A DNA stretch of 64,000 bases from a bacterium (lineage in GTDB: Bacteria; UBA10199; 2-02-FULL-50-16; JAJFLM01): the NCBI GenBank assembly GCA_965216315.1, contig CBDCFN010000016.1, positions 960,001 to 1,024,000 on the forward strand, written 5' to 3'. Positions 19,358-30,061 of this stretch are shown here, piece by piece. A program made the translations under genes and the position numbers. The stretch's first letter is position 1, and every line of letters starts with the position of its first letter. The notes beneath the pieces were generated by a model that was not told where the DNA came from, ran no database searches, and was given only the letters and a program-made list of their open reading frames with translations.

Positions 19358-20033
19358 GAAGAAGCGACGCTTTCAGTCCGCGCCCGGCATGACTCTGATC
19401 GAGTTGATGGTGGGGATGTTCATCGTGGGAATCATCCTCGCCATTGCCGTCGTGGGTTCACGTGGTTTTACGGATGCCGAGATGAAGAAGGAATCAAATC
19501 GCCTCGCATCTACGATTCGCTATCTCTACAATAAGTCAGCGACAGAACGCTTATACCTCAGAATCGTTTATGACTTTGGTGAGCATAGCTACCATGTTGA
19601 ATCAACATCGGAGCCTTTTGTGATCACGCCGCCTGACCCTGAGGCGGAAGAAAAGGCGAAGCAGGCAGAGCCGGAAGCAGCGGAGGATGGCGGCCAAGGT
19701 GAGTCCGGTGAAGGTGCTGGCGAGGCGGAAGAGGGCGCCGCGCAGATGCCTGATGCCAGTGGGTTTGCCGAGACCGAATCGTATTTGCTGAAACCCGTCC
19801 AGTTAGCCGGTGATGTTCTCTTTAAGGATATTCAGGTATCCTATGCTAAAGAGAAAATTGAGGCCGGTAAGGCCTACACCTACTTCTTTCCAAACGGGTA
19901 TGCGACACCGACGATGATCAACCTCCAAGATGAGGATGATGAAACTAATTATTCATTGCAAGTGCTCCCACTCTCGGGACGCGTTCGGATTGAGAGCCGA
20001 TATCGTGAATTGGGAACAACTGAAGAACAATAA
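19320..20033 (+). CDS. gspH: Minor pseudopilin H (start re-placed to ATG 19320; 19326 also possible)
   Basis: Basic leader then G-MTLIELM, FFPNG motif, position after gspG. Confidence 0.8.
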   Translation: MPMPTSRAGSLSKKKRRFQSAPGMTLIELMVGMFIVGIILAIAVVGSRGFTDAEMKKESNRLASTIRYLYNKSATERLYLRIVYDFGEHSYHVESTSEPFVITPPDPEAEEKAKQAEPEAAEDGGQGESGEGAGEAEEGAAQMPDASGFAETESYLLKPVQLAGDVLFKDIQVSYAKEKIEAGKAYTYFFPNGYATPTMINLQDEDDETNYSLQVLPLSGRVRIESRYRELGTTEEQ

Positions 20034-20514
20034 AGGTTTTTCTTTATTGGAGGTCATGATCGCTGTGGGGATCTTGGCGACTTCTTTGGTGGCAATTCTT
20101 AATTTCCAGTCACGGGCTATTATTTCATCGGGCCGTGCGCAAAGTATTAGCGTCGCGACGGCGTTGGCGCGGCATCAAATGGCCCAATTAATCCTCGAAT
20201 TGGATGCTGAGATCGCCAAGGGACGTCTGCCGGATGATAAGTCAGAGGAAGGCGACTTTTCGGATTTGGGTTTTCCAGACTATCGGTGGGAAATGGCTAT
20301 TCGTAAAGTTGAGATTCCCGCACCGCCTCTGCCGGAGGAGGCAGGTGGAGATCTCGTGAACAAAATTATCCAAAGTATTACGGATCAGATTAGTAAGGCC
20401 ACACGCGAAATGAAACTTGTTGTCACCTGGAAGGAACTGGAAGACGAACAATCGATTGATATCACGACCCATTTAGTCGGTTTAAAGGGCACATCATTTG
20501 GAGTGTCACGATGA
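20005..20514 (+). CDS. gspI: Minor pseudopilin I (probable GTG start 20005)
   Basis: KG-FSLLEVMIA prepilin motif, operon order. Confidence 0.8.
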   Translation: MNWEQLKNNKGFSLLEVMIAVGILATSLVAILNFQSRAIISSGRAQSISVATALARHQMAQLILELDAEIAKGRLPDDKSEEGDFSDLGFPDYRWEMAIRKVEIPAPPLPEEAGGDLVNKIIQSITDQISKATREMKLVVTWKELEDEQSIDITTHLVGLKGTSFGVSR

Positions 20515-21212
20515 GGACGAAATTGCGGCTAGAATCAGGTTTTACTTTGATTGAAATCATGGTGTCGGTTGCCATCTTGGCGATTATTAGCCTTATTTTG
20601 TGGCAATCCTCGGCTGTGATGATGAATGCCAAACAACGCTATGAAGCGGAAGACATCCGTTTTCATGAAGTTTTGATGGCGCTAACGCGAATCTCAGACG
20701 ATCTCTCTATGTCTTTTTTGTATCAGTCCGCGGATCACTTGGGTAAAACAGGACGAGGCGACCCACAACGTAATATTCGTTTTTATGGCAAAGATAATGG
20801 CAATCGTGATGAGCTCAATTTCGCTACTTTTTCAAACCTACGCATCATCAAGGACAGCAAGGAGAATGAACAGGCAGAGGTCGCCTATTTATTAAAGGCG
20901 GAAGAACGTGACGGGGGCCAGGCTTGGAATTTAGTCAAACGCATCCAGTCGCCTCCAGATAGCGATCCGGAGCAGGGTGGACAGGAATTTACAGTTTTGG
21001 AGGATGTTCAAGAGCTAAAATTTCAATATTACGACCAGGGCAGAAAGGAGTGGCGACCGGAGTGGGACAGTTCTTCCCTGGACTTCAATAAGCGGCTGCC
21101 GCGGGCGGTAGAAATAACGCTTGTGATCGAGGATCCGGTTATACCCGACGAAACAAGAACTTTCTCAACGACGGCCTTACTTGAAATGGCACCGGGGCCG
21201 AATGATTTTTAG
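20511..21212 (+). CDS. gspJ: Minor pseudopilin J
   Basis: G-FTLIEIM, WDS...LPRAVEITL. Confidence 0.85.
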   Translation: MRTKLRLESGFTLIEIMVSVAILAIISLILWQSSAVMMNAKQRYEAEDIRFHEVLMALTRISDDLSMSFLYQSADHLGKTGRGDPQRNIRFYGKDNGNRDELNFATFSNLRIIKDSKENEQAEVAYLLKAEERDGGQAWNLVKRIQSPPDSDPEQGGQEFTVLEDVQELKFQYYDQGRKEWRPEWDSSSLDFNKRLPRAVEITLVIEDPVIPDETRTFSTTALLEMAPGPNDF

Positions 21213-22585
21213 TGATGAGACAACAGTCAGATAAAATAAGGAAAAAGATCGCTGAAGCGGGCGTCGCTCTGATGATGGTCTTAGGGTCCGTTGCATTGTT
21301 GACGGCATTGGTGGTCGAATTTGCGTACAACAGCCATATTACCTACACCATGTCGATGAATAATCTCGATCGCCTCAAGGCATACTATCTGGCGCGTTCG
21401 GCAGTAGGGTTTGCTAAGCTTCAGGTCAAGATAGAAAAGGATATTCGAAAACAGTTAGCCAACTACTCTAAGTATCTGACCGGCGTTATCGGTTCAGAAC
21501 CGGTCTGTAAGATTATGCCCTTTTCTACTGATTTATTGCGAGGCGGGCTAGGGTTGTTGACTGGAGCTGGTGAAGAGAACCCGGAAGAGGGTGGTTCTGA
21601 AGAAAAAAGCGAAGCAGATACCGGTGAGAAGCAGCCGGCGGAATTCGAAGGGATCATGGCGGCTGCCGCGGCAGGTGATTTCTTGAGTTTTGAAGGCAAT
21701 TTTTCCGTTGGCTGTGACGTGGAAGATCGAAAAATTAATATTAATTATTTCTATAGTCTAAATCCTCAAGATCCGGTTCAGGAAAATGTTGAGGTCAATG
21801 TGTACGAGTATCATAAGCGACTTGTGGAGTCTCTACTCGTTAGCTCTGATTTTGATAAACATTTTGAAGATAGTGATCCGACGGCACGCCGTGAGTTGGT
21901 GAACAATATTGCCGATTGGGTGGATCAGAATAACGTCGTGGATGAATCCCCCGGCTTTCAGGCAGGATACGAAGAACAGCGCTATCCCGAAAACAGTTAT
22001 CCGGTCAAAAACGGTAAGTTCAGCACGCCCGGTGAATTGCTGCTGGTCGCCGGGATGGGGGATGATATCTACCGGCAACTTTTGCCGAATATCACCATTT
22101 ACGGGGATGACAAACTTAATTTATGCCTGGCTGAGGAGCCTATGATTAAGGCTTTTGTCATCCGTTATTCCAATGTCACTCAAGATGTTGATCCCATCTT
22201 GCCGGATAATAATGAGTTATTGGATGAAATTGTTGCCGCAGTGCAGCAAGCATGCTTGACGCCGACTCCGAAGGCCTTGGAAGTGGCGAATGCGATTCGA
22301 ACCGTGCTGAATCTGGAACCGGAAGCGGCGACGAACTCGTCGAAAGGCAAAAAGACCACGAAAACGGCGGAAAGCACCAGCAAAAGCGGATTTGCCGGGA
22401 ATGAGGAGGGCAAAGCGAAAGCCGTCCCGACTAAGTTAAGTGACCAAATCTCGACTGAAAATCGCTTCTATAGTTTCGACTTAACAGGAAGTTCAGGAGA
22501 TATTATACTGAGTATTAAGGCAGTTCTTCATACTGAGGACAAGGATCCCAACAAGTGGAAAATGCTTTTTTATCGGGTGGAGTAA
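21212..22585 (+). CDS. gspK: Minor pseudopilin K
   Basis: G-VALMMVL (no Glu+5), AYYLARS, EDRKININ, IADWVD, KNG...ELLLVAGM. Confidence 0.88.
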   Translation: MMRQQSDKIRKKIAEAGVALMMVLGSVALLTALVVEFAYNSHITYTMSMNNLDRLKAYYLARSAVGFAKLQVKIEKDIRKQLANYSKYLTGVIGSEPVCKIMPFSTDLLRGGLGLLTGAGEENPEEGGSEEKSEADTGEKQPAEFEGIMAAAAAGDFLSFEGNFSVGCDVEDRKININYFYSLNPQDPVQENVEVNVYEYHKRLVESLLVSSDFDKHFEDSDPTARRELVNNIADWVDQNNVVDESPGFQAGYEEQRYPENSYPVKNGKFSTPGELLLVAGMGDDIYRQLLPNITIYGDDKLNLCLAEEPMIKAFVIRYSNVTQDVDPILPDNNELLDEIVAAVQQACLTPTPKALEVANAIRTVLNLEPEAATNSSKGKKTTKTAESTSKSGFAGNEEGKAKAVPTKLSDQISTENRFYSFDLTGSSGDIILSIKAVLHTEDKDPNKWKMLFYRVE

Positions 22586-22588
22586 TAT

Positions 22589-24211
22589 ATGGCGCATAAA
22601 ATATATGGTGTCGATATCGGTAGCTATTCGATTAAGGTTGCCGAGTTAGAACGGACATTTAAGACGTTCGAGTTGGTCAGTTTCTATGAGCACCCGATTG
22701 TTTATAATGAGGTTCTCTCAACAGAAGAGGCGATGTCGGCAACGCTCGAAAAAATGGCCGAAGATTATGGTTTGGCTGAAGGTCAAACCTACACAGCCCT
22801 GCCGGGCAACTATACGTCCACGCGCCTGATTGAAATGCCCTTTGGGAATGCCAAAAAGATCGATCAGACTATTGAGTTTGAGATTGAAGGGGCGGTTCCT
22901 TTTGATATCGAAGATATTGTTGTCGACTATCATATTGTCGAGTCGAGCAAGACAGAGTCGACTTGTATGCTCTCTTATGCACAGAATGCCGATATGGTGA
23001 AGTTCCTGAATGTTTTTTCAGGAACTGAAATTGAGCCGCGCTGGATAGGTTGCGAACCCGTTGAATTAGCCAGCGTTATGAATCTAGGGGTTATTCAACC
23101 TGAAGGGGCTTACGCCATTCTTGATCTGGGTCATACCAAGTCAAATCTTTGTATATTTATCGGTCCAAAGCTCTATTTTGCCCGCACCTTGTCATTCGGC
23201 GGTTTGCATCTCACCAAGGCGATTGCGGAGAAGCTGCAAGTGCCGCTTGAAGAAGCCGAGCGATTTAAGATTGAAATTGGTCAGGTTGCCGGCGAGGGAC
23301 AAGACGATATGAGTCGACGAGTCTCGCAGGCTATTCAGGAAGTGTTGGGTCAATTGCTTATAGAAGTGAAGCAGACTTTTATGAATATTCAAGAAAACGA
23401 AGGCCAGGTGATTCAGGCGATTTATTTATGTGGTGGCACCTCGCGCTTGAATGGCATTGATCATTACTTTTCTTATGAGCTGCGAAAGAATGTCAGTCAT
23501 TTAGATTGTTTGGATTTTCCTTTCAATAAACTGGCGGATTCAAACTGGTGCCGACCGATTATACCGATGTCATTAGCACTCGCCTACCGTGGAGCGGTGG
23601 GGACAAAATTGCCGGATGTACAGTTTCGTCGCGGAGAATTCGCTTATAAAGGCGACCTGGACCAGCTGGGTGGTCTTGCCAAACAGGTCGGTTTGTTGGC
23701 GGGCGCCATCGCTTTTTTTGTTATGATAAGCTTTGGTGTGAACTACTTTGTTCTAAACTCAAGGATTGATAAATTAAAAAAGTCAGTTGCTAAGGTTGCG
23801 GGTGAAGTCTTAACGACAACGCCTCAACGAATGCTTAAGAACCCTGATTCCGTTCTCTCTATATTGAATGGGAAAATTTTGGAAAGTAAGGAAAAAAAGA
23901 AGGCGCTGGACGAGAAATTTGCGATATCCTATCTGAATGCCATGTTAGAACTATCGAAGAATCTGCCGCCTCGGGACAAACTTAAGGTTGATATGGACGA
24001 GGTTAAGATAGCTGGCAACCGAGTTCGGATGGAGGGACGCACTAATTCATTTGAGAATGTGGATATCATTAAACAGTCTATAGCTAAATCTTCGATGTTT
24101 AAAAATGTCAGTATGGGCAATGTTAAAAAGGGTGCGGGAGATGTCGTCAAATTTGATCTGACGATGCAAATTGCACTTGAAGGGGATGATGAACAAGTGG
24201 GGATGAGATAA
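22589..24211 (+). CDS. gspL: Type II secretion protein L (PilM-like actin fold + TM + PilN-like domain)
   Basis: GVDIGSYSIK, DLG, FGGLHLT, LCGGTS, TM, periplasmic ferredoxin-like tail. Confidence 0.85.
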   Translation: MAHKIYGVDIGSYSIKVAELERTFKTFELVSFYEHPIVYNEVLSTEEAMSATLEKMAEDYGLAEGQTYTALPGNYTSTRLIEMPFGNAKKIDQTIEFEIEGAVPFDIEDIVVDYHIVESSKTESTCMLSYAQNADMVKFLNVFSGTEIEPRWIGCEPVELASVMNLGVIQPEGAYAILDLGHTKSNLCIFIGPKLYFARTLSFGGLHLTKAIAEKLQVPLEEAERFKIEIGQVAGEGQDDMSRRVSQAIQEVLGQLLIEVKQTFMNIQENEGQVIQAIYLCGGTSRLNGIDHYFSYELRKNVSHLDCLDFPFNKLADSNWCRPIIPMSLALAYRGAVGTKLPDVQFRRGEFAYKGDLDQLGGLAKQVGLLAGAIAFFVMISFGVNYFVLNSRIDKLKKSVAKVAGEVLTTTPQRMLKNPDSVLSILNGKILESKEKKKALDEKFAISYLNAMLELSKNLPPRDKLKVDMDEVKIAGNRVRMEGRTNSFENVDIIKQSIAKSSMFKNVSMGNVKKGAGDVVKFDLTMQIALEGDDEQVGMR

Positions 24212-24801
24212 TGGCACTGAAATCACGCTATTCACCGCTAACAAAACCAAGCTTTGAGAATATTTACCATGCCTTTACGGGCTTGAACCCTCGCGATCAG
24301 TTAATTGCGATGATCGTCGGAGCGGTTGTTTTAGTTATAGTCGTGATCCTGCCTCTTTCCGTCGTGTCGGGTAAAGTATCGAGCCTTAAGACCGGGATTT
24401 CAAAATCACAGGCGAAGCTCAATGACGTCTTGAACAAAGTAGAAGAGTATAAAGCGGTTCAAACGGAAATTAGGACGCTCGAAAAAAAATATGGTCGTGG
24501 TGTGTCTTCAATGACCTCGACCATTGAAACGATGGCTCGCAACGTCGGCCTGGCAGGTGCGATTCAGGGCTTGAAAGAGAAGCCGCAAATTCCAGGCGAT
24601 CAATTTGTTGAGCTGCCTGTCGAGCTGAAACTTAAAAATACGACCCTTAAGGCCCTTGTAGAGCTCATGTACAAAATTGAGACGTATCCGAATGCACTGC
24701 TGCGGATTAAAAACCTCTATATCAAACCTCGTTTTTCGAATCGCGCCTTTTTGGAGGTGACGATGGATATCGCTAACATCAAACTGAAAGCGGAGGGTTA
24801 A
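24211..24801 (+). CDS. gspM: Type II secretion protein M
   Basis: LNPRDQ then TM and coiled coil, operon order. Confidence 0.75.
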   Translation: MALKSRYSPLTKPSFENIYHAFTGLNPRDQLIAMIVGAVVLVIVVILPLSVVSGKVSSLKTGISKSQAKLNDVLNKVEEYKAVQTEIRTLEKKYGRGVSSMTSTIETMARNVGLAGAIQGLKEKPQIPGDQFVELPVELKLKNTTLKALVELMYKIETYPNALLRIKNLYIKPRFSNRAFLEVTMDIANIKLKAEG

Positions 24802-24802
24802 G

Positions 24803-25705
24803 GTGCCGACGGCCTTAAGGATAATTATTTATCCAATCTTTGCATTGCTTTCCTTTATCGTTTTCTTTGTGATGCTGTTTCCGTTTGAGAGCATTAAAGG
24901 GCGTATTGAAACCGAAGTAGAGCGCGGTCTAGGCGGACAGTATGAGGTGAAGATTAAAGAACTCGCAATGGCTCCGCTCACGGGGGTCGCGATTGACAAC
25001 GTCGTCGTCTCAGAGAAGCGTGGCAAGCGCGAGCCGGTTTTTACGCTCGATAAGGCCACGGTTCACGTTGATATCCTCCCTCTTATCTGGGGAGCGTTGA
25101 AGGTCGGCTATGATCTCAGATCGACGGGAGGGCGCATCTATGGGCGTCTGGAGCGGTCTGGTGATCAGATGAAAGTCGAGGCGACGCTCAAGGACCTTAA
25201 TTTGGCTGCTGTTCCCCTGCTTAAGACGAAATGGGGTGTCGGGCTCTCGAGTGATGTCGATGGGACCGTTGATTTAGAATTATATCCACGGGCCCCGCTA
25301 CGCAATAACGGGACCATTCAACTCAAGATACCGAAATTAAAGGTCGGTGAGTCCAATATCATGAATATGATGACGCTGCCGCCCATGGATTTGGCGGCGG
25401 CAAAAGGCCAATCTCAGGTGGATATCATCATGAATCGGGGGAGCATTGAAATTCGTAGCTTCGACTTAAAGGGTGGGGATCTTACTTTGGCGCTCGGGGG
25501 CAAGGTCTATTTGGCACAGCGTGTCAGCAATTTCCGTTTTAATATCAGGGGAAAGCTTGGCTTTAACGATAAAGTTATGAAGGCCATCCCGCTGTTGATG
25601 GTCGTTGAAAAGCAAAAAGGCCCTGACGGGCTCTACCCGTTGACGGTTACGGGACAAATTCGCAAGCCGAACATTCGTGTCGGCGATTTTCGCATCCCCA
25701 TATAG
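24803..25705 (+). CDS. gspN: Type II secretion protein N
   Basis: N-terminal TM ending LFPFE, AsmA-like beta repeats, last gsp gene. Confidence 0.75.
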   Translation: MPTALRIIIYPIFALLSFIVFFVMLFPFESIKGRIETEVERGLGGQYEVKIKELAMAPLTGVAIDNVVVSEKRGKREPVFTLDKATVHVDILPLIWGALKVGYDLRSTGGRIYGRLERSGDQMKVEATLKDLNLAAVPLLKTKWGVGLSSDVDGTVDLELYPRAPLRNNGTIQLKIPKLKVGESNIMNMMTLPPMDLAAAKGQSQVDIIMNRGSIEIRSFDLKGGDLTLALGGKVYLAQRVSNFRFNIRGKLGFNDKVMKAIPLLMVVEKQKGPDGLYPLTVTGQIRKPNIRVGDFRIPI

Positions 25706-25752
25706 CCGATAGGGACTTGACAGTCCCTCACTATCTCGCTTAGCTGACTGCG

Positions 25753-27009
25753 ATGGCTCAGCTCTTTTTCTATCGTGACGGGCGTGAAGTTCTTCGTTTT
25801 CCACTCAACTCAGATGAGGTCCGACTCGGGCGTCATTCCGACAATGACATCAGCTTACCCGATCCCGAGATCAGTCGTTTTCACGCACGTGTTTTTAAAG
25901 AGAATGGGACCTATTGTTTGGAAAATCTGAGTCGAGTCGGTACGTCGATGTCGGGTAAAAACATTGACCTAGTGAAACTTAGCGATCAGGACGTTTTTGA
26001 TTTAGGCGCTTGGCGCATTCTTTTTGAGATGAGCTGCGCTTCTGACGAGGCGGAGACGGCGATCTACTCAGGGAGCAACGGGAAGAAAAAACTTCCCCAG
26101 TTTTGTGGAATTATTGGAAAGAGCCCGTTGATGCAACAGGTCTTCACCTTGATTGAAAAGGGTTCGGAGTGTGATTTGCCGGTGATGATCCAAGGCGAAA
26201 CCGGAACGGGTAAGGAGTTGGTTGCACAGGCTTTGCATAAACTGTCAGGTCGTAAAGGCAGTTTCGTCGCGCTTAATTGTGGGGCGATATCACCCAATCT
26301 CATTGAAAGTGAGTTGTTCGGTCATGAAAGAGGAGCCTTTACCGGGGCGGTGCAGCAGCATCGCGGGGCCTTTGAGCAAGCACGCGGCGGGACGCTTTTT
26401 TTAGATGAAATAGGTGAGTTGCCATTAGAGCTCCAGCCCAAGCTGTTGCGCGTCTTGGAAGAAGGTACGTTTAAGCGCGTTGGGGGTGTTGCTGAGATGC
26501 ATGCGGATGTTCGTATTGTCGGGGCGACACATCGCGATCTCCATGAAGAGATCGGAGCGGGGCGCTTTAGAGAAGACCTTTTTTACCGGCTCATGGGACT
26601 TCCGATTCAATTACCGGCCTTGCGGGAGCGTTCTGAAGATATTCCCATTCTGGCACGCTACTTTGTTCAGACAGCCTCACCGACAAAACTCCAAAAGGAT
26701 GTTTCAGCCGCGGCATTAAAGAGGTTATCTGAGCATCCATGGCGGGGTAATGTGCGGGAACTTAAAAATGTCTTAGCTCGGAGTCTATTGCTCAGTTCGG
26801 ACGCTGTCTTGACTGAAGCCGAATTAATTTTTTTAGAAATGCCGGCGGATGCCGATGATACGACACTTGAGAGCCTTGAAAAGGATGCTATTTTGACTGC
26901 CCTTAAGTTGACGGATGGAAATAGAAAACGTGCTGCTGAGCGCTTAGGGATCGCCAAGTCGACTTTATTTCGTAAGCTTAAAGAATATGGTCTTGATGAT
27001 GAGGCTTAG
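25753..27009 (+). CDS. FHA-domain sigma54-dependent transcriptional activator
   Basis: FHA GRHSDND...ISRFHA, GETGTGKE, GAFTGA, FLDEIG, WRGNVREL, Fis HTH. Confidence 0.93.
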   Translation: MAQLFFYRDGREVLRFPLNSDEVRLGRHSDNDISLPDPEISRFHARVFKENGTYCLENLSRVGTSMSGKNIDLVKLSDQDVFDLGAWRILFEMSCASDEAETAIYSGSNGKKKLPQFCGIIGKSPLMQQVFTLIEKGSECDLPVMIQGETGTGKELVAQALHKLSGRKGSFVALNCGAISPNLIESELFGHERGAFTGAVQQHRGAFEQARGGTLFLDEIGELPLELQPKLLRVLEEGTFKRVGGVAEMHADVRIVGATHRDLHEEIGAGRFREDLFYRLMGLPIQLPALRERSEDIPILARYFVQTASPTKLQKDVSAAALKRLSEHPWRGNVRELKNVLARSLLLSSDAVLTEAELIFLEMPADADDTTLESLEKDAILTALKLTDGNRKRAAERLGIAKSTLFRKLKEYGLDDEA

Positions 27010-27476
27010 AGCTCTTTAATTGAGTCGGGGGTAATCAACCACTGGAGTCGAGCCGATCCCGGTTCAAACTGATCTAAAATTAAATGCGCCGCAGCGCCGC
27101 GGGCCATGACGATTTCTTTGACTGGAGTTCCCCAGACCAGGGTTCCCAGGAGTAAGCCTAGATTAGGGAGATGACCGACAAGTGCGCAGTCTTGTCCTTC
27201 AAAGGCTTGGAGTGCCGCGAGTACCTCCGTTGGGCGGGCGGTGGGGAGCAACCATTCCTGAATGGATATTGGGGCTAACCAAGCGTCGAATAGTTCCGCT
27301 GTTTGCTGCGCTCTCCGGAGCGGGCTCACAAAAACTTGCTGAGGAGGGGAAACTCGCGCCGTCATGTGTTGAGCGACTTTGCGTACATCATTTATTCCTT
27401 GACTGGTTAGCTGTCGGTCTGCGTCAGGTTTTTCCATTCCTTCACACTCACCATGTCGGATCAAATAGAAGTGCAT
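27006..27476 (-). CDS. sixA: Phosphohistidine phosphatase SixA family
   Basis: LIRHG, DRQLT, SPLRRAQQTA, LVGHLP. Confidence 0.85.
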   Translation of the reverse strand: MHFYLIRHGECEGMEKPDADRQLTSQGINDVRKVAQHMTARVSPPQQVFVSPLRRAQQTAELFDAWLAPISIQEWLLPTARPTEVLAALQAFEGQDCALVGHLPNLGLLLGTLVWGTPVKEIVMARGAAAHLILDQFEPGSARLQWLITPDSIKEL

Positions 27477-27544
27477 GGCTACTTAGTATCATTCTCTTTT
27501 TATTTTGAAAAGCCCAATGATTCTAGGTAGTATAGCCATACTTC

Positions 27545-30061
27545 ATGGGATTGTTATCGAAGTTGCTCGCGCGAGCTGCCGGGTTGTCATCACGACATCC
27601 CTATTGGGTTGTAGGGATTGCCTTGCTGATAACGGGGCTCAGTCTCACGGGGGCATTTCGTCTGCAAGTTGACGTTAGGGCCAGTAGTTTGCTCCCGCAA
27701 GATCTGCCGGCGCTTGAATCCTATCGACAGCAGGTCAAGGATTTCGGTCGCGCCGAGTTTCTCATCGTAATCATCGAGCCGCCGCCGAAGGTGCCGATGC
27801 AGCGTTATCGACGGTTTATTTCAGCGTATAAAAAAGCTCTCCACAATCTCAAGGTCGCTCAGGCAGAACACCTCAACCTGTCAGAGGAACTGCTTGCTAA
27901 TATAGGTGAATACGTTATCCGCCATGGCATTTATTTGTTGAGAGAGGATCAATTACGCGAATTAAGCACATATTTTCAGCCTGATTTTATGCAGGCTCAA
28001 CTTCTTGAGCAGTATAATCAAGAACCGACTTCAATGAGTAGGGGATACTTTGATCCATTGGGGCTTGTGAAAGTGATCGAGCAGTATTTCTTGCCGTCTG
28101 AAAATATCAGGCCTGATGGATCAGGAGAGTACTTTGTAACGCGCGACCACAAACTCGCTTTTTTTATTTTTGGGAGCACAGCGGCTGCGGGCAAAACAGA
28201 ACAGACGGAGCAATTATTGCAAGAGGCTGAAAAATTGTCGCGAGAAATGTGGAAGCAATATAATCCTCATCTCAGCGGGGAATTGGCAACGGCTTTTCCC
28301 CCGCCGCGTATCTCTTGGACAGGGCTTCCCGTGACCTTATTAGAGGACCTTGCGACGCTAAAGTCTGCGGCGTGGCAGTCGAGCTGGCTCAGTTTAGGCG
28401 GCATTATTTTGTTGTTCCTGTGTTTCTTTAGAGGCCTCAAAGCAACCTTTTTAGCCTTTATACCCGTTCTGGTGGGGATCTGTGCCGCTTTCGGCATGGC
28501 AGGTTTTACGCTCGGCTCTCTCAATATTGCGACTGCGGGAATTGGTGCGATACTCATTGGACTTGGAATCGATTTTCCAGCTTATTTGCTTAATGCCTAT
28601 TGGCGGGAACGGCATGCCGGTAGCGGGCACTCGGAGTCGCTTCAAAAGACGTGGAGTGGGACAGGGAGGTCTGTATGTTTTGGAGCGTTTACAACGAGTG
28701 CGGCCTTTCTTATGTTTCTGTTTACACGTTTGGTTGCCTTTCGTGAACTGGGGTTTATTGCCGGATTAGGTCTTTTGTTTGCTTTGTTGGCGGTCATTTT
28801 TTTATTGCCGGCGTTACTTTCTATCTTGACCGCATCACCAAAAGTTGGACAAACGCGTGACCTTTCACGCATTTTCTTCGTAGGACAGGGGAAATATGCC
28901 AAGTTTGTATTCCTGGGAAGCCTGGCGCTTTTTGCCTTTTTTAGCAGTTTTTTGTGGCAATTTCGGCTCGAGATGAATCTCAGCGAGACCCATGCGGCGG
29001 GAACTTCGTCACAACAGGCCTTTCAACGTTTGACCCAAGCGCTTGATAATCCTTTGTATCCGTTTCGTATTATTGTTTCCGGTTCAGATTGGGAAAGTGT
29101 GCTGAGAAGGACCGAGCAACTCGCCATGCTTGCCGGGCAATACAAGGAGCAAGGGAAAATAAGTCACTTTGATAGCCTAGTACATTGGGTTCCGAGTGCC
29201 GAAAAAAGGCGTCAGACAAAGCAGTGGCTATTGACACATGCCGAACTGGACCCTCAGCGTTTCGAAGATAATTACATCAAGGCGCTCCCGAGCGTTCATT
29301 TGCTTAAAGGAACGAAGTATAAAGAGTATATGAAGGCGATTAAAAGAGCGCTCTCATCACGTCAGGAGCCCTATTTGGCCAACTTGAAGCGAGAAGGGAT
29401 GGAGATTTTATTAAGTCGTTATTCAAAGCAAGAAGAATACAGGATTCGACTGGTGAATTATTTGTATCCTGCCACGGAGATGAGTGAGGGGTCAAAGCGA
29501 ATGCAGCTCGTCGACCAGCTGATGAGTGAGAGCCTACTAAAGGAAGGGTGGGCCAGTATACTTTCTGAAGACTTGATATTGAAGGAAATGGCATCATTGA
29601 TTCGCGCGGACCTTGTTAAGATTGCTGCGGCAATGTTGGCTATAATTCTCATCGTTCTTTGGATTTCCTTTCGATCCCTACCATGGGCTTGTGTTGCTAT
29701 GACTCCTATGCTGTTGGGTTTGGGAGCCATGTTAGGTTCGTATACATTGTGTCGGGACTATTTGAGTGGTGTCAATTTGCTTTTTATACCACTCTATGTG
29801 GGTTTAGCGATTGACGATGCGATTCATTTAATAAGTCATATTCGCCAGCCTAACGGCAGTATCCGCGCCGCGCTCGAAAAAACAGGCATGCCGATATTAT
29901 TCACCTCACTGACAACGATGATCGGATTTGGGACCCTGGCAATGAGTCCGTTTCCGATAATGCAACAGGCGGGTCTGCTTGTTGCCTTGGCGATGGGGTG
30001 GGAACTTATCGCTTCATTGCTTTTTTTGCCGGCGCTGGTCAGGCTGTGGCGGCACGATTAA
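27545..30061 (+). CDS. MMPL family (RND superfamily) lipid transporter
   Basis: Two TM bundles with GLGIDF and GLAIDDAIH, TSLTTMIGFG. Confidence 0.85.
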   Translation: MGLLSKLLARAAGLSSRHPYWVVGIALLITGLSLTGAFRLQVDVRASSLLPQDLPALESYRQQVKDFGRAEFLIVIIEPPPKVPMQRYRRFISAYKKALHNLKVAQAEHLNLSEELLANIGEYVIRHGIYLLREDQLRELSTYFQPDFMQAQLLEQYNQEPTSMSRGYFDPLGLVKVIEQYFLPSENIRPDGSGEYFVTRDHKLAFFIFGSTAAAGKTEQTEQLLQEAEKLSREMWKQYNPHLSGELATAFPPPRISWTGLPVTLLEDLATLKSAAWQSSWLSLGGIILLFLCFFRGLKATFLAFIPVLVGICAAFGMAGFTLGSLNIATAGIGAILIGLGIDFPAYLLNAYWRERHAGSGHSESLQKTWSGTGRSVCFGAFTTSAAFLMFLFTRLVAFRELGFIAGLGLLFALLAVIFLLPALLSILTASPKVGQTRDLSRIFFVGQGKYAKFVFLGSLALFAFFSSFLWQFRLEMNLSETHAAGTSSQQAFQRLTQALDNPLYPFRIIVSGSDWESVLRRTEQLAMLAGQYKEQGKISHFDSLVHWVPSAEKRRQTKQWLLTHAELDPQRFEDNYIKALPSVHLLKGTKYKEYMKAIKRALSSRQEPYLANLKREGMEILLSRYSKQEEYRIRLVNYLYPATEMSEGSKRMQLVDQLMSESLLKEGWASILSEDLILKEMASLIRADLVKIAAAMLAIILIVLWISFRSLPWACVAMTPMLLGLGAMLGSYTLCRDYLSGVNLLFIPLYVGLAIDDAIHLISHIRQPNGSIRAALEKTGMPILFTSLTTMIGFGTLAMSPFPIMQQAGLLVALAMGWELIASLLFLPALVRLWRHD

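Noticed and set aside
25705..25712. GCCGATAG (sigma28-like -10) before the FHA activator, and a similar CCGATAA upstream of 8103
   Set aside because: No CAAC or TAAA box at the right spacing.
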